From positions 103,935 to 167,934 of the forward strand of contig CAWHJE010000020.1 in assembly GCA_963829465.1 (NCBI GenBank): a DNA stretch of 64,000 nucleotides, read 5' to 3'. The position numbers and the translations under genes are program-made. Shown one piece after another: positions 1 to 9,656 of the stretch. Numbering within the stretch: the stretch's first letter is position 1; every line of letters begins with the position of its first letter. The notes below the pieces were generated by a model, which made no database searches, was not told the origin of the DNA, and was given only the letters and a program-made list of their open reading frames with translations. This DNA is from an uncultured Alphaproteobacteria bacterium. Its GTDB lineage: Bacteria; Pseudomonadota; Alphaproteobacteria; Rhizobiales; Xanthobacteraceae.

Positions 1-526
1 CGACTTGGTCCTCGAACACTTCCTCGATGGGATCGTCGTGCGCCAGTGCCGTGTCGGTGACCCGCTGCTGCGCCAGCGCATTGAGATCCTGCGCCACGCG
101 GCCATCTGCCAAAGCCGCGCCGTCGACCACGACCACGACCCCATCGACGGTGACGCGGCCCTTGATCGCCGGCCAGTGGAAAGCCTGCACCAGCGGCTTC
201 GGCAGCGCGAGCCCCGACGTTTCGATGACGATGTGCTCAATTCCATCGCGAGCGAGAATGGCGTCGAGCGCCGGTACGAATTCGTCGGCGACCGTGCAGC
301 ACAGACACCCGTTGGCCAGTTCGACGATATTTTCCTCCGGGCACGCATCGTTGCCGCAGCCTTTGAGGATTTCGCCGTCGATACCGACATCGCCGAACTC
401 ATTGACGATGACGGCGAGGCGGCGGCTCTGAGCGTTGGCGATAACGTGGCGAATGAGCGTCGTCTTGCCGGCGCCGAGAAAGCCTGTGACGATGGTGCAG
501 GGGACGCGCGCGAGCGTACGGTTCAT
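1..526 (-). CDS. cobW: CobW-type (COG0523) GTPase/metallochaperone, N-terminal part; the gene runs off the left edge
   Basis: Reverse translation from ATG 526-524 reads MNRTLARVPCTIVTGFLGAGKTTLIRHVIANAQSRRLAVIVNEFGDVGIDGEIL...ANGCLCCTVADEF. This gives a P-loop plus the CxCC motif. It is absent from the ORF track because no stop lies inside the window. It sits in the B12 cluster. Confidence 0.85.
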   Translation of the reverse strand, partial: MNRTLARVPCTIVTGFLGAGKTTLIRHVIANAQSRRLAVIVNEFGDVGIDGEILKGCGNDACPEENIVELANGCLCCTVADEFVPALDAILARDGIEHIVIETSGLALPKPLVQAFHWPAIKGRVTVDGVVVVVDGAALADGRVAQDLNALAQQRVTDTALAHDDPIEEVFEDQV

Positions 527-939
527 GCGTCAACCTCCTGAAAATCGATCGGCGGAACGCGCGCGATCAAGCCGCGCTTGAGCGGAGCGGGGCGGCCGCG
601 CCACGGCAGGATGCCGTCGGCGGCGCGTGCCAGCAGACGCGCGCCTTCGACCAAAGCTTCGGCGCAAGTGACGTCAAGTCCGCCGAACACGTAAGTCCAG
701 GAGCCGCCGGAACGCATGGCGGCGCTGGGGCCGCGCGAGCAATTGGCGAGGCACTTCATGGGACGCACCTCGACTTCCGTGCCGGCGGCGGCGCGCGCGG
801 TCGCGGCAGCAAGGATCGCGCCCGGCCGCAATGTGCTGTCAGGCTCGCCGACCGGCCTGCATGTCACGCACACATAGATGGTTGGGGTACTGGCTGAAGC
901 CGCGCTTTCAGCGGGTGTCGCGGCGAGCGGGGCGGTCAT
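523..939 (-). CDS. DUF1636-like putative metal-binding protein of cobalamin clusters
   Basis: Internal ATG at 939 of ORF 523..1227 gives MTAPLAATPAES...TIYVCVTCRP...MKCLANCSRGPSAAM. It carries Cys motifs. Its start overlaps the upstream stop and its stop overlaps the cobW start, indicating translational coupling. Confidence 0.65.
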   Translation of the reverse strand: MTAPLAATPAESAASASTPTIYVCVTCRPVGEPDSTLRPGAILAAATARAAAGTEVEVRPMKCLANCSRGPSAAMRSGGSWTYVFGGLDVTCAEALVEGARLLARAADGILPWRGRPAPLKRGLIARVPPIDFQEVDA

Positions 940-2006
940 GGCGCCTCCTGAACGCGCTCTGCCAAAGGCTGATCGAACCGCTGCCAGCGATAGATGAAAT
1001 ACGAGATTGCCCAGCTGACGATGAAAACCCCGACGACGAGATAGCCGAAATTCGCGAGCCCCTGATTGAGGTCGCCTATCGTGCCCCAAAAAACGCCTTC
1101 CAGACCCAACTTGCTCGCGATCAGTCCAAGCGCTTCGAGGCCGCCGATCATGATTGCGACCACGACGGAGATCGCGGTAATCGTCAGGTTGTACCAAATC
1201 TTGCGGATCGGGTTGAGGAACGCCCAACCGTAGGCGCCAACCATCAGGACGCTGTCGGTCGTATCAATCAGCGTCATCCCCGCGGTGAACAGCGCCGGGA
1301 AGATCATGATGGTGGCGAAGGTCATGCCGCCCGAAGCATGAGTGGCCGCAACCGTGAACAGGCTGATTTCGGTCGCGGTATCGAAACCCAGTCCGAACAA
1401 GAAACCGATCGGCAGCATCTGCCAGCTTTGCGACACCATCCGAAACAGCGGGCGAAAAATTCGGGCAAGAAAGCCGCGGCCGGACAGCAGATGATCCAGC
1501 TCATGGTCGGCGACCGGTATGCCGCGGCGCGCGTCGCGAAAGCTTCGCCAAACGCCGCGTAGAATTACGAGATTGATGGCCGCAATCGCCAGCAGGAAAA
1601 ACGCGGACGCGCCGGTGCCGACGATGCTGCCGATCGATTTGATTTGATGGAAACGGCCCTCCAGCAGGAACGCCATCGTGGCGATCGCCGCGACGGCGAT
1701 CGTGACCGCAAGCGAATGTCCCAGCGAAAAGAACAGACCGACCGAGACCGGCCGCTTGCCTTCCTGCATGAGCTTGCGCACGACATTGTCGACGGCGGCG
1801 ATGTGATCGGCATCGACGGCGTGACGCAGTCCGAGCACGTAGGCGAGGAAGGCGGTTCCGAGAAGCGTCGGCCGCCCCGCGAGTGCGATCGCCGCCCAGG
1901 TCCAGGCGGCGACGTTGACCCCGATCAGAAGAACATAGATCGCAACAATTTTAGTGCGCTGTTCGGTCGACGCATCGTCGACCGCCTTCCTCAGGAAAGT
2001 GAGCAT
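936..2006 (-). CDS. NiCoT (HoxN/HupN/NixA) family nickel/cobalt permease; a cobalt importer is likely given the context
   Basis: 356-aa polytopic membrane protein with the NiCoT signature LRHAVDADHIAAVDN. It is the first gene after a cobalamin riboswitch. Confidence 0.85.
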   Translation of the reverse strand: MLTFLRKAVDDASTEQRTKIVAIYVLLIGVNVAAWTWAAIALAGRPTLLGTAFLAYVLGLRHAVDADHIAAVDNVVRKLMQEGKRPVSVGLFFSLGHSLAVTIAVAAIATMAFLLEGRFHQIKSIGSIVGTGASAFFLLAIAAINLVILRGVWRSFRDARRGIPVADHELDHLLSGRGFLARIFRPLFRMVSQSWQMLPIGFLFGLGFDTATEISLFTVAATHASGGMTFATIMIFPALFTAGMTLIDTTDSVLMVGAYGWAFLNPIRKIWYNLTITAISVVVAIMIGGLEALGLIASKLGLEGVFWGTIGDLNQGLANFGYLVVGVFIVSWAISYFIYRWQRFDQPLAERVQEAP

Positions 2007-2111
2007 GAAATGTCCTCGCGTAACTTGCCGCCGGCGCGAGCGAGGACCAAAAGACTTTCGTCTTTCAGATCATCCACCGGTACACCCCGACCGATGTTTG
2101 TCGCGTCGACT

Positions 2112-2290
2112 CGTAGACGGCAGGTCTCCTGGCTCGCGGATCGACGCCTCATCCTGCCTTCCCGGGGGCACGAGACCTCCAGTGGCTTAGTCGGACAAGA
2201 CTTCCCGCTCACAGTTGCGGGGGCAGCTGCGGATTAGGACCCGAGGTTCCAGCACCGCATTCCCTATTCACCCCCTTGCGAGGGACCGTC
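2112..2290 (-). promoter_or_regulatory. Cobalamin (B12) riboswitch in the leader of the NiCoT-DUF1636-cobW operon
   Basis: The minus strand reads GGGAATGCGGTGCTGGAAC...CCTAATCCGCAGCTGCCCCCGCAACTGTGAGCGG...GCCACTGG...CCGGGAAGGC...GCGAGCCAGGAGACCTGCCGTC. The last segment is the B12 box, reverse complement of 2119-2134. About 105 nt of expression platform precede the ATG at 2006. Confidence 0.85.
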
Positions 2291-2361
2291 GCGTGTAGTG
2301 ATAGATTTCAAGGGCCTAGCCTGTCAATCTGGCGATTGCTTCGCCTCTCGTTGCACAGGTC

Positions 2362-2895
2362 ATGTCAAGCGTACCGAAACTCACCTTCGTCATCGGCGGC
2401 GCTCGCTCGGGAAAAAGCCGTTATGCGGAGGGCTTGATTGCGGCCTTGCAGCCGCCATGGGAGCCGCCCTGGGCCTATATCGCGACGGCGGCAGCGGGCG
2501 ACGAGGAAATGGCGACACGCATTGCGGCTCATCGTGCGCGCCGCGGGGCGGATTGGAAAACCGTCGAGGCCCCGAGCGATCTTGCGGCCGCGCTTGCGGC
2601 TTGCGGTACGACGCCAATTCTCGTCGATTGCCTCACGCTGTGGCTGTCAAATCTTATGATTTCTGAGGCGGATATCGACCAGGAAGTGCAGAAGCTGGAA
2701 AAGGCGCTTGCAGACGCCGCTGCGCCGGTCGTCGCGGTTGCAAACGAGGTGGGATTTGGAATCGTGCCGAGTTTTCCGCTGGGCCGCCGTTTTCGCGACC
2801 AGCAAGGCATCCTCAATCAGCGCATTGCGGCCCGGGCGGACCGGGTGGTTCTCATGGTCGCGGGCTTGCCGGTCCCAATAAAAGGAGCGCTATGA
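2362..2895 (+). CDS. cobU: Adenosylcobinamide kinase / adenosylcobinamide-phosphate guanylyltransferase
   Basis: N-terminus LTFVIGGARSGKSRYAE (P-loop), then ILVDCLTLWLSN and VANEVGFGIVP motifs. The stop overlaps the cobO start. Confidence 0.9.
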   Translation: MSSVPKLTFVIGGARSGKSRYAEGLIAALQPPWEPPWAYIATAAAGDEEMATRIAAHRARRGADWKTVEAPSDLAAALAACGTTPILVDCLTLWLSNLMISEADIDQEVQKLEKALADAAAPVVAVANEVGFGIVPSFPLGRRFRDQQGILNQRIAARADRVVLMVAGLPVPIKGAL

Positions 2896-3509
2896 GCGAA
2901 CCGTCCGACCAAGCCGATGCCGATCGGCATCGCGCCAAAATGGCGAAGCGCAAAGCCGTGCAGGACGCCGAAGTCGCGGGCAAGACGATCGAAAAGGGTC
3001 TCTTGATTGTGCATACCGGCGCCGGCAAGGGAAAATCGACCGCCGCGTTCGGTCTCGCGTTGCGCATGTTGGGCCGCGGACAGCGCGTCGGCGTGGTGCA
3101 ATTCATCAAAGGCGCATGGCATAGCGCCGAGCGTGACGCGCTCGCAAGGTTCGGCGAGCAAGTTGTGTGGCATACGATGGGCGAGGGTTTTACCTGGGAA
3201 ACGCAGGACCGTGCCCGCGACGTCGCCGCGGCCGAACGCGCCTGGGCGAAGGCGCGCGAACTCATGGCTGATGAAAGTTTCGGACTTGTCATCCTCGACG
3301 AACTCAATATCGCGCTGCGTTACGACTATCTGGATCTCGCGGCCGTCGTTGCCGCGCTCCGCGAACGCCGGCCCGGTCTGCACATCGTCGTCACCGGTCG
3401 CAACGCCAAGCCGGAACTTCTTGCCGCCGCCGATCTCGTCACCGAGATGACGCTGGTGAAGCATCACTTCGCCGCCGGCGTGAAGGCGCAGCCGGGTATC
3501 GAGTTCTGA
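2892..3509 (+). CDS. cobO: Cob(I)yrinic acid a,c-diamide adenosyltransferase
   Basis: LLIVHTGAGKGKSTAAFG...VVQFIKG...LVILDELN...HIVVTGRNA...MTLVKHHF, typical of the CobO/BtuR family. Confidence 0.9.
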   Translation: MSEPSDQADADRHRAKMAKRKAVQDAEVAGKTIEKGLLIVHTGAGKGKSTAAFGLALRMLGRGQRVGVVQFIKGAWHSAERDALARFGEQVVWHTMGEGFTWETQDRARDVAAAERAWAKARELMADESFGLVILDELNIALRYDYLDLAAVVAALRERRPGLHIVVTGRNAKPELLAAADLVTEMTLVKHHFAAGVKAQPGIEF

Positions 3510-3512
3510 ATC

Positions 3513-4970
3513 GTGCCGGCGCGCACGCTCATGTTTCAGGGCACCGGCTCGGATGTAGGCAAGTCGCTGATCGTCGCCGGTCTTGCTCGCGCCTACACCA
3601 AGCGCGGCCTTGCCGTGCGGCCGTTCAAACCGCAGAACATGTCGAACAATGCTGCCGTGACAAGCGACGGCGGCGAGATCGGACGTGCCCAGGCGTTGCA
3701 AGCGCGCGCGGCTTGCGTTCCGGCCAGCGTCCACATGAACCCGGTTCTGTTGAAGCCGCAGAGCGAGATCGGCGCCCAGATCGTCGTGCAGGGTCGCATC
3801 TATGGAAGCGCCAAGGCGGCCGCCTACCAAGAGATCAAGAGGGACCTTCTGCCCTACGTACTCGACAGCTACGCGAGGCTGCGCAGCGTGGCCGACATCA
3901 TCCTCGTCGAAGGCGCCGGCAGCGCGGCGGAAGTCAATCTTCGGGCAAATGACATCGCCAATATGGGATTTGCCCAAGCCGCGGACGTGCCGGTGGTGCT
4001 GATCGGCGACATCGATCGCGGGGGCGTCATCGCGAGCCTCATTGGAACCAAGGCCGTGCTGGCGCCGGAGGATGCGGCGCGCGTGTGCGGGTTCATCGTC
4101 AACAAATTTCGCGGCGACGCGGCTTTGTTCGCCGAGGGCTTGGCGCGCATCGCGCAGGCGACCGGATGGGAGGCGCTGGGTCTGGTGCCTCACTTCGCCG
4201 ATGCGCGCTTGCTGCCTGCCGAGGATGCGCTCGGGCTCGAACGGGGCGCTCCGCCAAAGCCGGACGCACGGGTTCGGATCGTCGTTCCCATCTTGCCGCA
4301 TATCGCGAATTTCGACGATCTCGATCCGCTCGATGCCGAGCCCGATGTCGATCTCGTTTACGTGCGGCCGGGCGCGGCGCTTCCGGGCGATGCCGATCTC
4401 GTGGTGCTGCCCGGCTCGAAGGCGACCATCGCCGATCTCGCCGCGCTGCGCGCGGCCGGATTCGACATCGATATCGCCGCGCACCGGCGCCGGGGCGGCG
4501 TGATCCTTGGCTTGTGCGGCGGCTATCAGATGCTCGGGCGCAGCGTTGCCGATCCTGACGGAATCGAAGGGCCGGCGGCCACCGTCGAAGGGCTCGGCTT
4601 GCTCGATGTTGCAACCACGCTGGCGGCGGAGAAGCGGCTCGAAGCGGCGTCCGGGACGACAAGCGCTGGCGCGCCATTCCGCGGCTACGAAATGCACATA
4701 GGCATGACCCATGGCCCGGATTGCGCGCGGCCCTTCGCCCGCCTCGCGGACGGATCACCGGATGGCGCGGTTTCCGCCGATGGCCGGGTGATCGGCACCT
4801 ACATGCACGGCCTGTTCGCGCACGACCTGCAGCGTGCGGCATGGCTCGCACGGTTCGAGGGTGTTGCAAGCGTAGCGCACGACGATCTGGTGGAGCGGAC
4901 GCTCGATGCGCTCGCCGAGCACCTGGCTGCGTATCTCGATCTCGATCGCCTCCTCAGCCTAGCGCGATGA
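3513..4970 (+). CDS. cobQ: Cobyric acid synthase
   Basis: GTG start. [13 protein letters not shown]...[12 protein letters not shown]...GAGS, with a C-terminal glutamine amidotransferase part ([10 protein letters not shown]). 485 aa. Confidence 0.92.
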   Translation: MPARTLMFQGTGSDVGKSLIVAGLARAYTKRGLAVRPFKPQNMSNNAAVTSDGGEIGRAQALQARAACVPASVHMNPVLLKPQSEIGAQIVVQGRIYGSAKAAAYQEIKRDLLPYVLDSYARLRSVADIILVEGAGSAAEVNLRANDIANMGFAQAADVPVVLIGDIDRGGVIASLIGTKAVLAPEDAARVCGFIVNKFRGDAALFAEGLARIAQATGWEALGLVPHFADARLLPAEDALGLERGAPPKPDARVRIVVPILPHIANFDDLDPLDAEPDVDLVYVRPGAALPGDADLVVLPGSKATIADLAALRAAGFDIDIAAHRRRGGVILGLCGGYQMLGRSVADPDGIEGPAATVEGLGLLDVATTLAAEKRLEAASGTTSAGAPFRGYEMHIGMTHGPDCARPFARLADGSPDGAVSADGRVIGTYMHGLFAHDLQRAAWLARFEGVASVAHDDLVERTLDALAEHLAAYLDLDRLLSLAR

Positions 4971-5922
4971 GGACGCCGGTGACGCTGGCCAGAAGCGCGA
5001 TCAGGATCGCATCGGCGGAGCGGTAGAGCGCGAGCGCGCGGCGAATATCGGCGGCATTGGCCTCGCGGCGTCCATCGCCCATGACGGCATCGCGGACCGG
5101 CACGCCGTCATAAGAGCGCGGCCCCGCGAGCGAAAGGCCCAGCGCTCCCGCCATTGCCGCTTCGGGATAGCCGGCGTTTGGCGAACGATGGCGCGCGGCA
5201 TCGCGCCGTACGGCGCGCCAGGCCGCGGCGGCCGAGCCGTCCGCGTTGAGGGCTGCCGCGGCGACGAGAAGGAGCGCGGAAAGTCGCGAGGCGGGCAGAT
5301 TGACGAGATCGTCAAGCCGCGCGGCGGCCCAGCCGAAATCCGCGTGGCGGAGCGTGCGGTGGCCGATCATGCTGTCGGCGGTGTTGATCGCCTTGTAGAG
5401 TGCGCCGCCAGGGAGGCCGCCGATGACCATCCATAGAACCGGTGCGACGATCGCATCGGAGAAGTTCTCCGCGAGGCTTTCGATCGCGGCTCGGGCGATG
5501 CCGGCGGTATCGAGTCCTTCCGTGTCGCGGCCGACGATATGCGCGACAGCGGCCCTGCCCGATGCGACGCCGTTTCCTTCGAGCGCGGTTGCCACTTCCG
5601 CGACATGCCGATGCAAACTCCGTTGCGCGACAAGCGTGCTGGCGACGAGACCCGTCGCCAACAGTCCCAAGGGAAATCGCAGAAGTCCCCATTGCAGGAC
5701 GAAAGCGATGGTGCCGACGATGCCGAGAATGAGCAGCACCGCAACAATTCCCGCGGCGCGCCGTGCTTGCGGCCTGGCCGTTTCGCGATTGAGCCAATGT
5801 TCGAGCGCATCGATCAGATGTCCGATCCACATTGACGGATGTCCGATCGCGCGCAGCAAGCGCTCCGGGTAACCGAGAAAGAGCTCGATCAAGATGGCGA
5901 CGAGGGCAAGCGCTACGGACAT
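4954..5922 (-). CDS. cbiB: Adenosylcobinamide-phosphate synthase
   Basis: From ATG 5922: [37 protein letters not shown]..., a membrane protein of the CbiB/CobD family. An alternative TTG start lies at 5892. The longer ORF-track start at 6042 adds a non-homologous R/P/S-rich extension. Confidence 0.88.
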   Translation of the reverse strand: MSVALALVAILIELFLGYPERLLRAIGHPSMWIGHLIDALEHWLNRETARPQARRAAGIVAVLLILGIVGTIAFVLQWGLLRFPLGLLATGLVASTLVAQRSLHRHVAEVATALEGNGVASGRAAVAHIVGRDTEGLDTAGIARAAIESLAENFSDAIVAPVLWMVIGGLPGGALYKAINTADSMIGHRTLRHADFGWAAARLDDLVNLPASRLSALLLVAAAALNADGSAAAAWRAVRRDAARHRSPNAGYPEAAMAGALGLSLAGPRSYDGVPVRDAVMGDGRREANAADIRRALALYRSADAILIALLASVTGVLIALG

Positions 5923-6940
5923 GATCCCGTTAGGCGGCGAAGACGAGCCACTGCTGCACGGCGGCGATCTTGGCGCCGCCCGGCGCCTGTTTCCCGGCGC
6001 GCCTGAACCTTTCGTCGACCTCTCGACCGGGATCAATCCCAAACCCTACCCAGTCCCGCGGTTTTCGGCGGATTTGTTGGCGCGCCTGCCGGATCCCGCT
6101 GCGGTTTCCGCGCTTGCGGCGGCAGCCGCTCGAGCCTACGGCGCGCCCTCGGCCGCGCATGTCGCGCCCGCGCCTGGGACGCAGATATTGTTGCCCCTGG
6201 CCGCACGCCTGGTGCCGCCAGGGCGGGCGGCTATTTTGGTGCCGACCTATCCCGAATATGCCCGCGCTGCCGTGCTTGCCGGGCACGGCGTCAAAACTGT
6301 GCGTGGTCTCGAGGATTGCGGCGACGCCACGCTGGTCATTGTCGCAAACCCCAACAATCCTGACGGACGCCTTTTTGCTCGCGCGGACTTGCTTGCACTT
6401 GCCAAGGACCTTGGCCGCCGTGGCGGCCTGCTTGTAGTCGACGAGGCGTTCATGGATGTGGGACCGCCCGGCGCCAGTCTCGCGCCCGATGTCGCGCACG
6501 GCAGCGTCGTCGTGCTGCGCTCGTTCGGCAAATTCTTCGGGCTTGCCGGACTGCGGCTGGGCTTTGCGGTCGCCGCGCCGGCGACCGCCGAGCGGCTTCG
6601 CGCCGCGCTCGGTCCGTGGGCGGTATCGGGTCCGGCGCTTGCAATAGGTACGCAGGCGCTGGCCGACGCAGACTGGATCGAGCGGACGCGAAAACGGCTC
6701 GACAAAGCATCCGGGAGGCTCGACGGCATCCTTTCCGACCTGGCTCTTCCCCTTGTCGGCGGCACGAGCTTGTTCCGGCTGGTGCGGACGCCCGCAGCGG
6801 GCGCGCTCTTCCAGCATCTGGGAAGCGCCGGTATTTGGGTGCGCAGCTTTCCGGACAATCTGAACTGGCTCCGGTTCGGCCTGCCGGCCGGCGAGCCGCA
6901 ATGGAAGCGGCTCAAGAACGCTTTGGTCTCGTTCTGGTAG
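5921..6940 (+). CDS. cobD: L-threonine-O-3-phosphate decarboxylase (PLP aminotransferase class I/II fold)
   Basis: [40 protein letters not shown]...SFGKFFGLAGLRLGF. The start is either ATG 5921 or ATG 5894. Confidence 0.85.
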   Translation: MIPLGGEDEPLLHGGDLGAARRLFPGAPEPFVDLSTGINPKPYPVPRFSADLLARLPDPAAVSALAAAAARAYGAPSAAHVAPAPGTQILLPLAARLVPPGRAAILVPTYPEYARAAVLAGHGVKTVRGLEDCGDATLVIVANPNNPDGRLFARADLLALAKDLGRRGGLLVVDEAFMDVGPPGASLAPDVAHGSVVVLRSFGKFFGLAGLRLGFAVAAPATAERLRAALGPWAVSGPALAIGTQALADADWIERTRKRLDKASGRLDGILSDLALPLVGGTSLFRLVRTPAAGALFQHLGSAGIWVRSFPDNLNWLRFGLPAGEPQWKRLKNALVSFW

Positions 6941-7089
6941 TCGTTAACGCGCGACCGTCGCCGCTGTCCCAAAACAGGTCAGCTTCGCTGGCATCTGGCT
7001 TGCTCACCTTCCGGCAGCGTGCCGTACGTGTGCCGATAGCGGAAAACCGCCGCCAAAAGCCCGTGCGCAGCGTCAAACGAGGGTGGAGC

Positions 7090-7107
7090 CCGATTGAATT
7101 CAATCGG
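7090..7107. promoter_or_regulatory. Perfect 18-bp palindrome CCGATTGAATTCAATCGG, a candidate operator
   Basis: Read directly from the sequence. It lies 23 nt upstream of the GTG start at 7131 and just before the GGGAGAGAG Shine-Dalgarno. Confidence 0.3.
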
Positions 7108-7130
7108 CACGCCCCCGCAGGGAGAGAGTC

Positions 7131-7487
7131 GTGTTAACCAATAATCCTGCCGAAAAGTCCTCGGCGTTGCGGTCGGTCGCATTGGCCGGCGTTGCCACGG
7201 TTCTGTCGGTGATCACCTTGACGTCGGCCCATGCCGGCGGCGTCGGTGTCCTGAGCTGCGTCGGTGGTGCGCGGAGTTTCAACTGCGCGGCGCAGTGGGG
7301 TATCGCTGGCGACCCCTATGTGAGAGGTGTACCGGAAGTTCTTGGCGAGGCGGACAAGGCGCAAGCCGCGGCGCGTGATCGCAGATGGCAGGCGCACTGC
7401 CGTCCGGTGGTCGAACGCGACTTTTTCGGCGTCGCCCGCTACCAATATGCCGCGCCCGGTTGTGAGTACGGGGTCGGCGCTGATTGA
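7131..7487 (+). CDS. Small secreted Cys-containing hypothetical protein
   Basis: GTG start preceded by GGGAGAGAG. Signal peptide ...ALAGVATVLSVITLTSAHA/GG. Four Cys in the mature part. No family recognised. Confidence 0.6.
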   Translation: MLTNNPAEKSSALRSVALAGVATVLSVITLTSAHAGGVGVLSCVGGARSFNCAAQWGIAGDPYVRGVPEVLGEADKAQAAARDRRWQAHCRPVVERDFFGVARYQYAAPGCEYGVGAD

Positions 7488-7560
7488 TCCGCGCGCCACG
7501 TCCGGCGCACGGCGACCAAAAGGCTACAACGCAACCGACTCAATCCAAACCGATCGCGCT

Positions 7561-8124
7561 CTAGCGGGCCTGGTCGGTCGATTTGCCGGCGCCCTGCGGC
7601 CGGCGGATGGCCGAGGTCGTGACCTGCCCCGGCATGTACTTGGCGACGATAACAGGATCGAGCTGTTTCGCGGCATCATCCGGCAGCCGATACCAGATCT
7701 CGTTCCGCCCGAGGAATTCAAAACCGAGATAGCCTCGGACCGTCAGTGTCTGACCGTCGGGGCTGAGCGTCATCGACGCGTTGTAGATGTGGCCATCGCG
7801 CGGATCGAGAATATTGCCGTCGTGATATTTCAAACCAGCCCGCTTCATGTCCCTGATGAGCGGAAGGCCGAGAAAGGGAGCACCCTTACGATCGTCCGGG
7901 CAGGCTGAACAGGTGCGCGGCGATGGCGTGCCGTCCTGCCTCGGAAACAACTTCGCCGTTACGCCCTCATAGCTTGCGCCGTTATCAAAAAACAGGAACC
8001 AAACGACAGGCTTGCCGGTCGCCTCATCGACCTTTTGCCAAAGGCCGGCCACCGACGGTTCGGCGGCCGCGGGCGCAACGGTTGCGAAGAGTGCAACTAG
8101 CCCCACCGCAACGAGTTCGTCCAA
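7561..8124 (-). CDS. DUF2147 domain-containing periplasmic protein
   Basis: GLWQKVDEATGKPVVW...CSACPDDRKGAPFLGLPLIRDM...GNILDPRDGHIYNASMTLSPDGQTLTVRGYLG...GRNEIWYRL matches the DUF2147 pattern. The start is uncertain: TTG 8124 or GTG 8106 just before the signal-like VAVGLVALFATVAPAAA. The ORF stays open to 8301. Confidence 0.7.
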   Translation of the reverse strand: MDELVAVGLVALFATVAPAAAEPSVAGLWQKVDEATGKPVVWFLFFDNGASYEGVTAKLFPRQDGTPSPRTCSACPDDRKGAPFLGLPLIRDMKRAGLKYHDGNILDPRDGHIYNASMTLSPDGQTLTVRGYLGFEFLGRNEIWYRLPDDAAKQLDPVIVAKYMPGQVTTSAIRRPQGAGKSTDQAR

Positions 8125-8387
8125 TTCGTCGCCACTTGCTTCTCCATCCTTGCCGCCAACAAAATCTCGCCACCAACACAAATCAGCCAAATGCCATCGC
8201 GGCCGACGGATATTTCCTTCCACAATGCGGTGATTTAACGACGATTTTCGTGACGGGGCCGCCCAAAATGCGACGCTCGGAAGCCATTTCCCGCTTGCCA
8301 TGACCGCTGGGCATTCCGATGATTGTCCCAGCTACCGGACCAAAAGCGGTTCGGGGTCGGGTGCCGTTGTCGGGATTTAAGGGTTTC

Positions 8388-9656
8388 ATGTCGCGCATCC
8401 CCTTGCGGTCGAATTCCAGCCTGGCGCTCAGCAACCTGCGGGCCGTCGTCATCCTCATTGTGATCGCCTTCCACTCGGTGCTCGCCTATGTCGAGTGGAT
8501 ACCGTTTCGGCCGGCGAGCTTTGACGATCCACCTTACGGCTGGCGCGCTTTTCCGATCGTCGACAGCCATCGATGGATCGGTTTCGATATTTTTTGCGCG
8601 TGGCAGGACGTTTACCTGATGTCGCTCATGTTCTTGCTGTCCGGCCTGTTCGTGTTGCCAAGCCTCAGACGCAAGAAGGGCTTGGGTTTTGTTCGCGATC
8701 GCTTGCGACGGCTCGGCCTTCCCTATCTGCTCGGCATTCTCGTTCTTTTGCCGCTGGCCTTCTATCCGACCTACCTTGCGACCGGCGGCGATCCGAACGT
8801 GACTGCCTATTTGCGGCACTATGTCGGGTTACCTTTCCTGCCCAACGGGCAGGTATGGTTTCTGTGGCAGCTGCTGGCGTTGAATCTCGTTGCAGCCGGC
8901 GTCTATTGGCTTGCGCCCGGCGTTTTTGATGCGCTGGGCAAGTGGTCGGCGACGGCGGGTCGGCGCCCCGTCGTGTACTTTGCCGCGCTCATTGCGATCT
9001 CGGCCGCCGCCTATGTGCCGTTGGCGCTCGCATTCACGCCGTGGGAGTGGTCCAATTCCGGAATCTTCTCCGTGCAGTGGTCACGACCGCTGCTGTATTG
9101 CGTCTACTTTTTCGCCGGTGTGGGTATCGGAACCGCCGGCATCGATGTCGGCCTTGTCGCTGCCGACGGCGAGCTCGGACGGCGCTGGAAGCTGTGGCTC
9201 GCGGTCGCGATCGGATCGTTGTTTCTTTGGATGGGCGTGACCGCCTTGACCATGAACGGTCCTGCACCGATGGTCCTCAACACCGCTGCCGCGTTGTGTT
9301 TCGTTCTGGCTTGCGCCAGCGGTTGTTTCTTCGTCATCGCGTCAAGCTTGCGCTTTGGTTTGAAGCGTTCGTCGCTTCTCGATAGCCTTTCGACGAATGC
9401 GTACAGCCTTTATCTCGTCCACTACGGTTTCGGCATTTGGCTGCAATTCGCCCTGCTCGGGTTTGCGCTTTTTGCCCTGGCCAAAGGCTTCATCGTCTTC
9501 GCCGCCACCGTGATCCTGAGCTGGATTACGATACTGGCGTTTCAGCGCATTCCGTTTGCCGCGCGGCTTATCGCCTCTCCGGCGCGCGCCGCTGCATCGG
9601 AAGACGCGCGCAGTGATGGCGTCATTGCAGCGCGAGCCGGACCGCCGCGGCAATAG
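8388..9656 (+). CDS. Acyltransferase family 3 (OpgC/OafA-like) membrane protein
   Basis: MSRIPLRSNSSLALSNLRAVVILIVIAFHSVLAY... followed by about 10 TM segments, typical of acyltransferase_3. Confidence 0.75.
   Translation: MSRIPLRSNSSLALSNLRAVVILIVIAFHSVLAYVEWIPFRPASFDDPPYGWRAFPIVDSHRWIGFDIFCAWQDVYLMSLMFLLSGLFVLPSLRRKKGLGFVRDRLRRLGLPYLLGILVLLPLAFYPTYLATGGDPNVTAYLRHYVGLPFLPNGQVWFLWQLLALNLVAAGVYWLAPGVFDALGKWSATAGRRPVVYFAALIAISAAAYVPLALAFTPWEWSNSGIFSVQWSRPLLYCVYFFAGVGIGTAGIDVGLVAADGELGRRWKLWLAVAIGSLFLWMGVTALTMNGPAPMVLNTAAALCFVLACASGCFFVIASSLRFGLKRSSLLDSLSTNAYSLYLVHYGFGIWLQFALLGFALFALAKGFIVFAATVILSWITILAFQRIPFAARLIASPARAAASEDARSDGVIAARAGPPRQ

Noticed and set aside
2817-4712. 631-aa minus-strand ORF spanning cobO and cobQ
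   Set aside because: It is antisense to two genes with unmistakable family motifs. Its translation is Arg/Ala/Gly-rich and low-complexity, as expected from stop-poor antisense frames in high-G+C DNA.
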